A stretch of DNA of 63,525 bases, counting the filler, from Kipferlia bialata (Eukaryota), in assembly GCA_003568945.1 (NCBI GenBank). It is 6 parts of 6 records of this genome, joined end to end, with 100 filler letters (N's around TTAATTAATTAA, not from the genome) between each part and the next. Parts side by side here need not be neighbours in the genome. Positions count along the whole stretch, not along the records: positions 13,319 to 26,509 come from BDIP01000980.1; positions 26,610 to 39,787 come from BDIP01000981.1; 4 more parts are not named here. The stretch is one strand, 5' to 3'. The notes under the pieces were generated by a model. It searched no databases. It had not been told where the DNA came from and was given only the letters and a program-made list of their open reading frames with translations. This document shows, in pieces, positions 25,321 to 37,629 of this stretch. The position numbers were made by a program, and so were the translations under genes. How positions within the stretch are numbered: the stretch's first letter is position 1; the number at the start of each line of letters is the position of its first letter.

Positions 25321-26373
25321 TCAGCTCCTCCCCGACCTGCACATTACGCACCCCAGACAGAAGTCGGTGCCTGGGGTGAGCTGCCAGATTTACATGTGTG
25401 TAAACATACTTACATGGGTTTAGTAGGCACAGTCAAACTGTCTATATACAATGTCTATATGTCTATATATATGCACCTGGGTCTGGGTGAGCACGTGTCT
25501 GGGGGCACTATCCACTGAGTCTGGTCAGGTTGGGCCCAGCTGGGCAGGGGGGGAGGGTCCCATTGCTGCAGGCACTGGATACCTGATAGAAGATAGAGTG
25601 TATCATACACTGACAGGAGAGAGAATCTTAGAGAAGTTCACCTCTTTCTACGGTTCCTCTAAGGGAGCTATTTTCAATACATACCTGCCCCGAGTGCTGG
25701 TGACACTCGTCACAGTAGTACTGCAGGGCGGACCCACAGAAGTAGGTAGCAGTGCAGCAGCAGAAGGTGCACTTCCACTCTATGTAGTCCTTGCCGTGTA
25801 TGGGACATGTGTCTGGGTGGGTCTGTATACTGTTGGCACCCTTGCACTTGTGGCAGAGTAGCTCATCCTGGCTGTACTCATGCAGTCCGTCCTGACACTG
25901 CTTGAGACCACCGTAGTATGGGATGGAGCATGTGTGGCACTGAAAGAAGGCATACCTTTGTATTAGTCTGGAATATTCATACATATGCTGATGTTAATGA
26001 ATCTGATATTCACAGAACATACATTGAATGTATGTGTACTTCCATACCTCTCTATGGCCTCCTCTGTGCTTGAGGTGGTGACCCCGTCTGCATGCAGTCT
26101 GGAGGTCAGCTTGAGTGAGGGACAAGATAGAATTAACGGCTTATATATGAATGAGGTCCCAAAGTCCAAGTATCATGTAGTCATGAAACATTATAGTCAT
26201 CTGTGACCTTCTAGTTGCCAGCGTGTGCACTCTTTCCCTCAGCTGTACCAGAGGTTCCATCATACTGTCAATGGTGGGGTGTCCACCCATGTCTTCCTTA
26301 CACTGGGGACACCCCATGAAACAGAATGATATACGGGCACCAGAGAGGGAATACCACTTGCGTTCCAGGATCC
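25321..26373 (-). pseudogene. MYCBP2/PHR-type RING-helix-tandem-cysteine (RCR) E3 ligase module, 5' partial, with one in-frame TAG
   Basis: Exons give ILERKW...GARISFCFMGCPQCK, YAFFQCHTCSIPYYGGLKQC, CPIHGKDYIEWKCTFCCCTATYFC...YCDECH, CPAGP...SG*CP...HPDPGTDFCLGCVMCR, collinear with the MYCBP2 C-terminus. The TAG is at 25508-25510. Confidence 0.75.
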
Positions 26374-26509
26374 CTGAATCCTTAGTCGGTGGGGTATTGA
26401 ATGTGCACTGTATCCAGGGATGAAATCCGGTCGTTAGACGGTGACAGATAGGGCTTCAAAAATATAGATATAGAAATAAGATAGTAAAAATATTATACTA
26501 TATTTCTAT

Positions 26510-26609
26510 NNNNNNNNNNNNNNNNNNNNNNNNNNNNNNNNNNNNNNNNNNNNTTAATTAATTAANNNNNNNNNNNNNNNNNNNNNNNNNNNNNNNNNNN
26601 NNNNNNNNN
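26510..26609. other. Artificial contig linker
   Basis: N-TTAATTAATTAA-N, 100 nt. Confidence 0.97.
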
Positions 26610-26669
26610 TAAAATTCATTTTACTATATAGTAACTGCATTTTACTATATTTTTGAAACCCTAGTCTCG

Positions 26670-28663
26670 ATGGCAGAGCTGTCTCTAGTATTCAAGGTAA
26701 GTGATCATTATCTCACCACTCCGCCATCGTCTTTTGCCACTCTCACGCTAGGCCAATGGAATAGCGGTACCCAGCAAGACCCCAGTACCCACTCCTGTGA
26801 TGATGACCCTGACTCAGGGTCCCTGAGTGACCTGGATCTGCCGGACAAGGACTTCTGTTTCTCTCTGCTTCAGAGCACGGACAACAGTAGATGTCCCAGC
26901 CTCAAGGACTCTGCCATTCAGAGGAGCATGGGAGAAGGGATGCCATCTGACCTACCCAGGGGGTCAGGCTTAGGCACCACCATCCACCAGTACATCGCAC
27001 TGGCGGGTGGGGGAGACGGCACATACAGAGTGATAGTGGGTGCTGACACTGCCACGCACAAGGCAGTGCTGGGTATGATGCAGCCGCTACTCATGACTCT
27101 GCCCATGAACCCAGGGGCTAGAGCTGCCCTGGTCTCTATGGGAAAGGTGGTTCCAGACCCGCTACAGGTCACAACAATGTGTCTCTCCCACACTCTACCA
27201 CTACCCGCCAAGTGCAGGAGTGTCACTCCCCTAGTCATACCACACCTGCAGCCACCTAGGCACTGCGCCGAGTCTGCTGGAATAGTGGAGTACGTCAGAT
27301 CCTACCCACTCTCTCTAATAGGTATAGAGCTCTCAGAGCGCAGTGGGTGGCACTTTTCGATGTCAGCTGAGAAAGAGACTGGGGCTGAGGGTCCGTTCAA
27401 CACAATTGAACTCCAGTCACACGAGGGAGAGTCTATTACCATTGCACTGCCGGAGTATGCAGACAGGGTGTTCCACTTTGACCAGACCAACACACGCCTG
27501 GTGGGTGTAAGGTTCCTTCATTCACCCCTAGTGCCCCAGGAGATTTCAGTACCCAACACCCTCCACCCTATCCCTGCTCACCCTGAACTTTTCAGAGCTG
27601 CACTAGCAGAGGACGGGGGTGGGGCAAGAGGCAAGGAGGCAACCAAGCGGCTAGGTGCTGTGGTCCCTCGTGCCAAGGGAATAGTGTCTAGGGACACCTT
27701 AATCGGAGATCTACCAGTTGCTATGAGGTATTATGCACCCTCCCTGTGTGCCAAGTGGAAAGGCAAGACAGCTGACAAACCCAGCATGGCCCAGGTGCAG
27801 CGTGTCTTGAGGGGAGTCCCTGATACCTGCCTCCCCCACTGCATGCTGGAGGTGGAGTCTATCCTCATGCGCATGTTCATCACCCTAGGAGCACGTGCCA
27901 AACCAGCACCTGCGGCGTTTGTGATGGCCCATCAAGGTACCAGTCTGGGGCTGGTAGTGGTTGAGCCCGCGCTCCACTCTCTGGTGGGTGGGGTCTTGTG
28001 CATTCGGGGTGTTGCCATGTGTCCCGAGTGGCGGGATGGGTACAGTTATGACCTAGCCGTCATAGACGAGGAGGTCAACCGGTACATACCACTGCTGAAG
28101 GCAGCTGGCTACACTGTTACCACCATCAACACCCTCACACAGCGCACAGCAGGTGGTTTTGCGTCACTACAAGAGAGTGCCTCGACATGTGTCCCTCACC
28201 TATTCAAGGGCTTCCACCCCCTCTCTGTGCTGCCAACCGAGGTACACGAGTTCTCTTTCAGCCGTCACTTTGCCACACCAATAGCTCTTATGCGGAGACC
28301 TGTCCGCAGCAGTGTCCACCTAGATGGCATGAACACAACCAGATCCCAAGCTGAAATTGAGGAAACAAGGGAGAAGTATGCATCCTCTGAGATACTAGAC
28401 AGGTACTGTGGCAGAGAACTGAACCTGATGTTCCCTCAGATGTGGTCACGACTGCAGACGCCATCGCCCATGGTGCTCATGTGGAGTCTCTACAACAATC
28501 AGGTGTGTGTATGTGTACTGTGTCATCAGTCAGGTCAGGACACTGATTTTACAGTCTATACGTTGCACTGTTGCTAATGTCTTACACTTAGGAAGTGAGG
28601 GAGTCCACGCTGACTATGAAGGGTGCAAAGGAGAAGAGAGACTGGGAGGTCACAAAGAAGTGA
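26670..28663 (+). CDS. Hypothetical intron-poor protein (~600 aa), possibly 5' partial
   Basis: 635-codon ORF with coding-like composition. Probable introns near 26697-26750 and 28503-28591; last exon EVRESTLTMK...TKK* ends at 28663. No family recognised. Confidence 0.75.
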
Positions 28664-29038
28664 GGGTCACTGTCAGCTAGTGAGTGAGCAAAGCGTCATA
28701 AGTCACTTGTTGGGTGGTGTGACCTTACTAGAGTCAATGATCACTCGAATTCTTCACATAATATTTGTGTATAATGTTCTGACTCCTGATGTTCGTTGGT
28801 CTTAGATCTCCCTAGTTATCCAGAGCCAAGAAACGAGACATACATACACCGTGGACTCTACTGTGTAGTAATGAAACACGATACACCAGTGTTGTTGCGA
28901 GATGGCATATTCCATGCAGTGAGAGTTTCAGTCACATGAGACCTCATTTGTAATAAGCATACCATTTATTACTAACCTCTTCTACAGAACAGTATACCCA
29001 AAGAGTCACCAGCGATACTACTAGACAGACACCTTAGC

Positions 29039-32000
29039 ATGAACCATGATCGGATCACCCATGATCCTGAGGTCATCCTGAGTCCCATGCGGACACAGCC
29101 AAGACAGGACACCCTGGCTGGCAACCCCAATCGAGAGGGAGTGAGGCATGGTCCTGAGACTGACCGCCTGGGGAGGCCCGTCGAGTGGCTGCCGTGTCTG
29201 CCGCGCCTGACAGGTACGAGGTGCGATGAGCTGGGGGTGACACCTATAGGGCTTGACAAGGTGCTGTGTATGAGGCTCTGCCATCCCGGGTTGATGCGCC
29301 AACAGTACATAGGGAGAGTGAGGTGAGGGTATCAATAGTCCTTTTGCTGTTGAGAGTCTCTACTGGAGTGTCTCATCTTCAATATGAGATATGTCTTTGA
29401 GACTATCACTATGGTACATTTCCCAACATCAGACTGGTCATTGGTATTTGATTTGTACTGACGAGATCTACATGCTTCTACGCTCCTATGAGTCAGTGTG
29501 TACATCAGCATTATGCAGTAAACTACCTGCTTAGACTCTTTCAGCACTGACTCACCAGACATGGAGACCCACTCGTGTCCTGGGAGTGGAGGACTGTGAC
29601 ACCTATGCCTGAGGAAATGGCGGGGTTCACTGTCAACCTCAAGGTATCATACCATCTTGCAACTATTTGGTACTGAGCATCATCCTGTGCATGTCTAACC
29701 AACAGGGTGCACGCATCGGGGACAATGTGTACTTTCCTATCTTTCCCCACCCTCCTGGTGTAGACGCCACAATGGGACTGGTGCGACTAGACCTCACTAG
29801 AGAGGAGTGGGTGATTGAAGGCAGAGGGCCCTGGAACCCCGAGAATGAACTGAACCAAGGTCCCCCTGTCATGTACAACTGTTTGGTTGAGGCATATGGT
29901 CAGAGCCTGGTGGTGGCGGGAGGATCCTCGATAGTGGAAGACTTTGGACAGCGCCGGGAAGCAAAAGAGGGTGCTTGGAGATATGACACTGACTTCCAGT
30001 ATTGGGAGAGACTTGGTGACATACCTGCAGATACAGTAGTCTCCTCTGAATCATCTGCTGTGTGGGTTGGGAGGACCCTCCATACCTTCACAGACAATGA
30101 TCACCTGTCTCTTACGTTTGATGGCCAGTGATGCTGTCACCCACCTCTTCTCTATTGGGGTACCAGCGCAGCCATGGCAGTGAACAACTGGATCTACCTA
30201 GTTCACGTTTCGTCGGGGTGCAGTGTTGTGACCAAACTCGATGTTAGTGACAATGATATTAGGGTTGTATCACTCTGCTCAGATCATTCAGATATCTGCC
30301 AGATTGGCTGTTGTGTGAGTCCATCTTCTTGTATCCTCCTGGCAAGACAATCTCATGGATCGCATCAACGTAGTAGATATCCCGACTGGTGTGTGCACCT
30401 GAGTGCCGCCGCTTCCTTAAGCGTATTGTGCTCAGATAACGCCCTTGCCTATTCTGTCCTGAACACTGGACTCACAGAGGTTACTACTGTGGAGAGCATT
30501 ACCCAACAGATGCTGGACACGAGACCTCTACCTCTCATCACTTTGGCTCTGCTCTGCAAGTATGTGGTATCTCTGGGTGATACCGAATTAGTCCACGCTC
30601 TGCACATGACATTGCTGCGGGAGTCGTCCCCTCAACCTACTCTGATAGCATCACTACTCACAAGACTCAGCACTGCTCCGATGCCACCAGTAGGGGACCG
30701 ATTGTACATGTCTTACCCCCTACAGAACCCTCTTCAAGCGTTCATACAGCTCATTCTGGCTGATTCAGACAACAGGACTCTGTTAGGAGGTGTCGTTACC
30801 GGCACTATTGATCATCTCATTAGAGACCTTCACACCGACAATGGGGCCGTCCAGTCATTGGACTACTTGTACAAGGAGCTCCCGCAGTTTAGGGAGTACA
30901 TCAAGTTCCGGCTACAGGCTCAAATTGGCAGTGCACTGGAAGGCGCTGCTAGATACCTTGAGACTGGTGTTCCACCTGACTCCTTCACTATTCTACACCT
31001 CTACCTGGCGTGTACCGACTGTTCAGAGACTGGCATACGGCTGCTGCTAATGAATGCCGTGGAAAAGTGCCACTGTCTCTCTCCTGCGCTACACTATGTA
31101 TGCACCAAGACAGCGTCCTACCTCTCTGACAACCGGTCAGCCGTATTTCCATCGCTGCTCCCCCTCACAAGGGACGGAAGACACCCGCTTGCAGTAGTTG
31201 ACTGCTACTGTGGGACTTTCGCTGTGTCCGAAGCGGGCAAAGAGTATATATATCCATGCGATCCACCATTGTCCGAGATGGCAGCTTGTGTCTGCTCAAT
31301 TGCATGTAGCCTTCCCACAGTATCGCCGGGCACAATGCTAGTGTTACAGGCACTGTTGCACTCAGGTAGAACACGTTGCAGTCCCATAGGCACCCTGGAC
31401 CTTTCAAGAACACGTCTCCAGAAGTACAACGTGCGGTATGTACTGGAGCTGCTCCAGAGTCTCGGACCTGCTAATGGGGTCTTGTTTGCCCCTGACACAC
31501 CAGCTTGCATTCGCCCCATAGTAACCACGGCAGTACTCGCATATCCAAGACCACCGCTCAGTATCCCATCCCACTTTAGGCGCAGGACAGAACAGGTCTC
31601 TGCTGTTGGCACCACGTGTCCAGTGCTAATGGAGAGCTCTCTCGTCTCTACCCGTCAGTTCCTCCCCTCTGGGTTCATAAGGTGCTCCATTAGAGTGTCT
31701 TCCGCAGTCAGCCTCCACTACATTGGGAGTGAGTGGTGGCTATGTACTGTGGTAACAGAGCCTGTATCCACACTCAGGACACCTGTTGTGAGTTGGGAGA
31801 GTATTCCAGGGGAACCACGTGTATTTGTATGGCTGGATACACATTCTAAGATGTCTCAGCTGTCTCGGCACATTGATGGAAGGTCAGATGGGCGCTATGT
31901 TTGGTTTCTCTATGTCCCGTTCACATATCAGTACGATACCTCCCTTGCGACCATCGAGACTCTTGATCTAGCCACACACACTTGGACATCAGTGAGTGTT

Positions 32001-32883
32001 CCTGTGGATGTCATTGCCAGAGATGTGAGGTGCAACTCTGCTCAGTTCTTCTATGTGTCTGGGTATCTAGTAGTCTGTGCACAGACATGCTGGGCCTATG
32101 ACACCGACACGAAGGTAAGACATGTGCCTTATGAGCAAAGCAACACCTCTATCTCTTCTAACACCATACTGGCGCTGTGTCGGAAATGTTCCAGCTCTGT
32201 ATATATAGTGCTCTGTACATTGAATGATGAATTGAATCTAACACTCTTACCTTAGGACTGGATGCAGTGGGCAAATGCTCCGTGGAGTACGCTACCTGTG
32301 CGCATGTGTTCTTTCACTGTAGGAGACACCATATACATTGGCTACAACGAGTATGGGTACCACTTGGTATCACTCTCAGGTGGCACATGGGAGGAGCAGC
32401 CCATTCCACATGAGAGTGGCCAATGTAAAGGAGAGGAAGGCGACATCCTGTACATACTTGACACTCCAAAGGGGTTGGGAGTGCCTGTATTCACTGATCA
32501 TGAGGTGGTGTTCCTTCCTGCAAGGGTTCAATGCAGTATGGATCAATACCCTCCTGCGTCTCTGGAGACGGGCCTTGCATCCTATGACCCTGTATCCTGC
32601 CAGTACACGCCTCCAGGGATACAGGCATGGTTACCTATTCTTACTGAATATTTCATATGCTTCGCAATTTGTATGTGCTATCCGCCTGTTCTGTCTTGTT
32701 CCGAACAATTGTATGTGCTATTTCTTACCGAAGACACCCTCCACACCTGGCCAGGCCCATGACCAACACATCGCTCTTCTTGGCTGTGCAGGATCCACTG
32801 TCGTGTTCCTTCTCCATGACTTCACGGGGAGGGAGCCATATCTCTACATTGGAGAGCTAAGTGGGGGTATATCTATTACCTAA
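29039..32883 (+). pseudogene. Large Kelch-like propeller / helical / Kelch-like protein interrupted by an in-frame TGA
   Basis: ORFs 29667-30131 and 30174-32255 share one frame separated only by TGA 30129-30131. Kelch-like motifs include WRTVTPMP, IGDNVY, LVVAGG, WRYDTDFQYWERLGDIP, TLDLATHTWTSV, WAYDTDTK and VGDTIYIG. The 3' exon structure is uncertain. Confidence 0.6.
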
Positions 32884-33142
32884 AATACTCTCTGCGCGAA
32901 GTGATTGGGGTTCAGAGCTCATTCAGTAATAGTCTGTAATCGGACTGAGCGTACTTCTGTATGGTATTCATTATACTATGAAGTATAACGACAGTCGTCA
33001 TGGAATAGAGATATTCTATTTGGAGGTTAAGATATGGTCACGTAACAACGCCATGCTATAACCATAATGGTGTTGAACATAATAACTAATCTATTCAATC
33101 ATTCCCCAACAACCCGTCCATCGCAATAGGGTACTAGTCTAC

Positions 33143-36100
33143 CTACAGCAACACATCATCGTTGTCGAGCAATGCATCGAGCTGTGCCAGCTTGGTCTTG
33201 TCAGGCAGCGGAACACCACTCTCTGCCTCTCTCTCTGCCTCTGCTGGCCTCTTAGCAGCAGGGGCCAGGACACTGCTATCCCCTGCCGTCACCCTGCCTA
33301 CCCTACCAGCCCCCACCCTCTGGTTGTATACACTCTGCAGATTGGTGTGGGTGGGTGTGGGTCTAGGTGCCACGGCTCGGATGGAGGTGGATGTGTCTCT
33401 CTCCCTCTGCCTCTCTCGGTCGGCACCAGTGGTGTAGAGGGAGTGGGTGGGAGGTACTTGGGGAGTGGAGGAGACACCACTCTGTCCATGGGAGACTGCA
33501 CCCTGCTGCTGGGGTCGGGCCTTGCTGTTCTTCTTCTTGTATGCCTGGAAGGTGAGAATGTAAACGGGAAGAAGTATACTCCACGAGTGCCCCAAGTATA
33601 ATGAGAGTTGATATATACATCATAATATATATATATATACCCTAGAGTATATATATCCCCCCACCTTGAGTATGTCTAGCACTCTACTAGGCATCATCTG
33701 AGGCCCTGTCCCAGCCCCAGTCTCTATGCCTCCCCTCCCTGCACCCTCCCTCCCAGTGACCATCCTGTTGCGAGAGAGGGCAATGAGGGTCTCGCCTGGG
33801 GTTTGAGATTGCATTCATATATGGATATATACATGTGAACATAGTTGTGAAAGACTGGTATATCTTGCTGGTTCATGATGTACATCCACACTCAAGATCA
33901 ATACTACTACTGTACCTAGTCTAAACAGGCTGGACCCCCTGTCTCCATCGGTCATGGTCCTGGGGTGAGGGGCTAATTGACACAAATACTGTATTACAGA
34001 GGTATGTAGAGTGATTATCCACAACTGTCAACGAGTGATGGATGATACAAGTAGAGTAAGAGATAACACCTCCGTATGGCCGTTGCGTCCTGTATGACGT
34101 CCTGGGGCCACCCTGTGTACATGGCTGCCTTGATCCCGTACATGTCTCCCATGCCACCCCCACGCTGGTCAACACGCTTGTCCCTGGGGGTTAGCGTCAA
34201 CTAATTCCAATATTACATAATCACATTCCTAAGTATTCACATCAGTTAAGTAGCACACTCCACCCACTTGATGCATACACTGGACACTTGGAGTGTGAGT
34301 GGGAGTGATATCACTCTAGGCAGGTGTGTGACCATAAGGGCCATGGAGGAGGTGGAGACGAGGTGCTCAATGTAGGCCTGGGGGTTGGAGATGAGTAGGT
34401 AACATAGTATTGTAATTATGAAAGAGGGACATGGGTCCTTACCTGACATATTGCACTGCCCTCCGATGGCGATGTGCCCCTCCCCAGCTCATCGACCAGG
34501 ACCAGGGAGCCCTGGGAGGCAGACTGGAGGGCCCTGGGGTTAGAGAGGCAACTAATACCTCTACTTATATAACAACACATAGAATCCCGAGTTGATATGT
34601 GTGTATATACATGTTGTACCTGTTAGCTGCTCTGCACTCTGTGCTGAATGCAGAGTACTCCCCAGGCTGGTCAGAGTTGAAGGCAGCAACCAGACAGGAC
34701 CTGGGGTGAGAGGCAGAGTGACTGTCTATATAGCTAGACTACAACTTATGGTATGACAGTAGCACCGTACCTGACTGGTATTGCGCAGTACTTGGCTGGC
34801 ACCAGACACCCCATCTGGGCCAGGATCACTAGCTGACCCACAGTCCTCAGATAGGTGGTCTTGCCTGGGGTAAGAGGGGGTCAATGGGGAGCTAAACAGG
34901 TACCCAGTGGAAATAATACCACACTATAGACGCATATATATATGTATAGAAATAGATAGTAATATACCTGCCAGGTTCTCTCCGCTGACTATGACCACCC
35001 TGTTGTCACTGCCTATGAACACATCGTTGTCAACAACAGTGCCGGCCCTGGGGGGTAAGGTTGATGCTACAAACAGTATATAGTGATATACAACATCTAC
35101 ATCTGATATTGTATATAGAAATCGTAGTTCATACCTATCCAGGACTGGGTGTCTGGCCCCCTTTATGGCCAGGGGGTATGAGGACGGGGTGGTGGCAGAG
35201 GCTGGAGGGTTAGGATATATCAACAGCAACACATAGAAACACTATAAATATATATATATATATTGATGTATATATAGGGAGGTGACAGAGGTTAGAGGGT
35301 GATGTTATCAATATAATCACACAACGACATAACCAAACATACCATCGTATGCAGACACACATGGCCTTGTGAGTGGCCCATGCACTAGAGTGCAGTAGTG
35401 GGCCAGAGAGAGGACTAGGTCCAGTCGGGCAAGAGCATTGAAGGTCTCCCTGGGGGGTGAGTGAAGCAATGACATAGACAGTGAACAAACCATGGGACGT
35501 GTGCCCCAAGTATACATATATGTATATATATACCTGATAGCCAACGAGTGCACAGTCACCAGCTGCATGGTGTCACCCAGCACCCTGGCAGCCATGGACA
35601 CAACCTGGGGGGTCAGACAGAATATAGAAGTAAATGTATAGAATATATATGTAATGATTCTAGGTATATACATAGTATGACTATACACCATGGCAGCCAT
35701 GGACACAGCCTGGGGGTTAGGGTCTACAAAATACAAATAGGAGGATATACAGCGACACATACCTCTCTCTGTGATGCTTCATGAGTACTGGACAGAGAGG
35801 AGAGCTCATTGCTTGCTGTGAGATGGCGCATCCAATATCTGACACAGTACAGAGAGTCCGTACGGAAGTACTACTGTGATGATACAAGATAGTTACCTAC
35901 TGAATGTGACCCGTCTCTTGTGTGTGGCCACCCTAGTGAATATCTCGGGCAGACCCACACCAACCTGGGGGGTGAGAGGTGGAATACAATGGCACTTCCA
36001 TATATGGGGAGATATAGTATATGCGAAGAGTCTCTTAATCTGCACCCACCCTCCTGCCCTCCTGGACTGATCTGCAGGGCAGGTACAGGTACCAGCCACG

Positions 36101-37588
36101 GCCACGCTGGAGGGGTGAGAATAACATAGAGTATGTAGAGTAAAGTCACTGTGCTCCCACTATACTAGACACCGATAAGATATATATGAATCAACTTGAT
36201 ATGTATGGATTGTTAAGCCACCCCATACCTGTCTCCCCAGCTGCAGCCTGGGCAGGTTGTGCTCCATCCTGGGGGGTGAGAAGGGTATGGCATACGTAAA
36301 ACAATTACTGCCTCCACTAATTCTCAATTCTGAGTATCTATGGAAATGTATCCTGGAAGTCATGCATGTGTACTATATTGAGAGAGTGTATGTATGCATG
36401 TATACCTGTATCTGGCCAGCAGTCCCTGCAGGTCCTGTAGAGCCTCGCCCTCAGTGGCCCTGAAGGGTGAGGGGGTATGGGTGCATTGGATGGACATGGA
36501 AATACTATGTTTATACATATCATCTATATACCTAGCCACGTCCAGCAGTCCACTGACACCCCTCTTGACAGCACTCCCAATGTACTCGGCCTGAGGGTGA
36601 GATAGACTATCAACAAGAAAGAGAACACAAGTATAAATATACATATAACTATATATATATATATACTACATACCTTAGCTGTAGGATTGGGTCCACTTGG
36701 CTCTGGGTCATAGTCAGAGACCTCGGGGGTGGGGGCTACCTCAAGGACCTGATGTCAGTTACACTATGCCCAATGTACATATTGTATATTATGTACATTG
36801 TATGATATATGTTACCACTGGGGGCAACCTCCAGGACCTGTGATAGTGAGGGATCATAGACGCTATACGTGATACTATTCACAAACGATATATAGGAACA
36901 CTGCATTCACAGTACCTCGTCGAGTGCCTCAAGGGCGGCATGGCATGGCTCACTCAACAGCTCACCCATGGTTCTGAGGAGTCTGCTGCGACAGCCACCA
37001 GTCTAAAGTGAGCAGATACATAATGGGAGATTGACAGTGGCCGACTAAGGAAGATGAATACAGAGCTGGCCTTTCACTAGATAGCCATAAGAAACTGATA
37101 TATATAGTATCTACCTATATGTGTCTATATATACTATACCTGCGCTCCCACTGTCTCCTCTGGAGGCACTGTGCCCCCAGGTGATAGGGTGCCACCCACT
37201 GTGTCCCTGTCCATACCATCATCAAGGACAGAGGGACCTGGGCCTAGCAGGATCTGGGGGTGAGGGAATGCATAGATTCAATAGGTGTACTATCATGGGT
37301 CTGTAGAGAGAGTGACAAGGAACATAGTATACCTTAGACAGAGTGACATATCGCCTGTCCCACACACACACTCTCTACATGTGCTATATATATGTATATG
37401 TATGTATGTAGGTGTAAAAATTCATATCCCATACCGTCGACAGAGTGACACAGCCTCTGAGGGCGTGATGGAGTGAGATCAGTGCCCTGAGGGCCTGGCC
37501 TGCTGCAGCTGGGGTACCCCTGGGGGGTGAGGGTGAATATCTAAGAAGATGAATGTAAGTCATAATTTGTATCTATGAATATAAACAT

Positions 37589-37629
<41 letters not shown>

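Noticed and set aside
25508..30131. Stop-codon reassignment suggested by the in-frame TAG (25508) and TGA (30129)
   Set aside because: TAG ends RIB43A and RPT2 at their conserved C-termini, TGA ends the MFS and WASH-like genes, and TAA ends the esterase. The standard code fits, so these are isolated lesions or errors.
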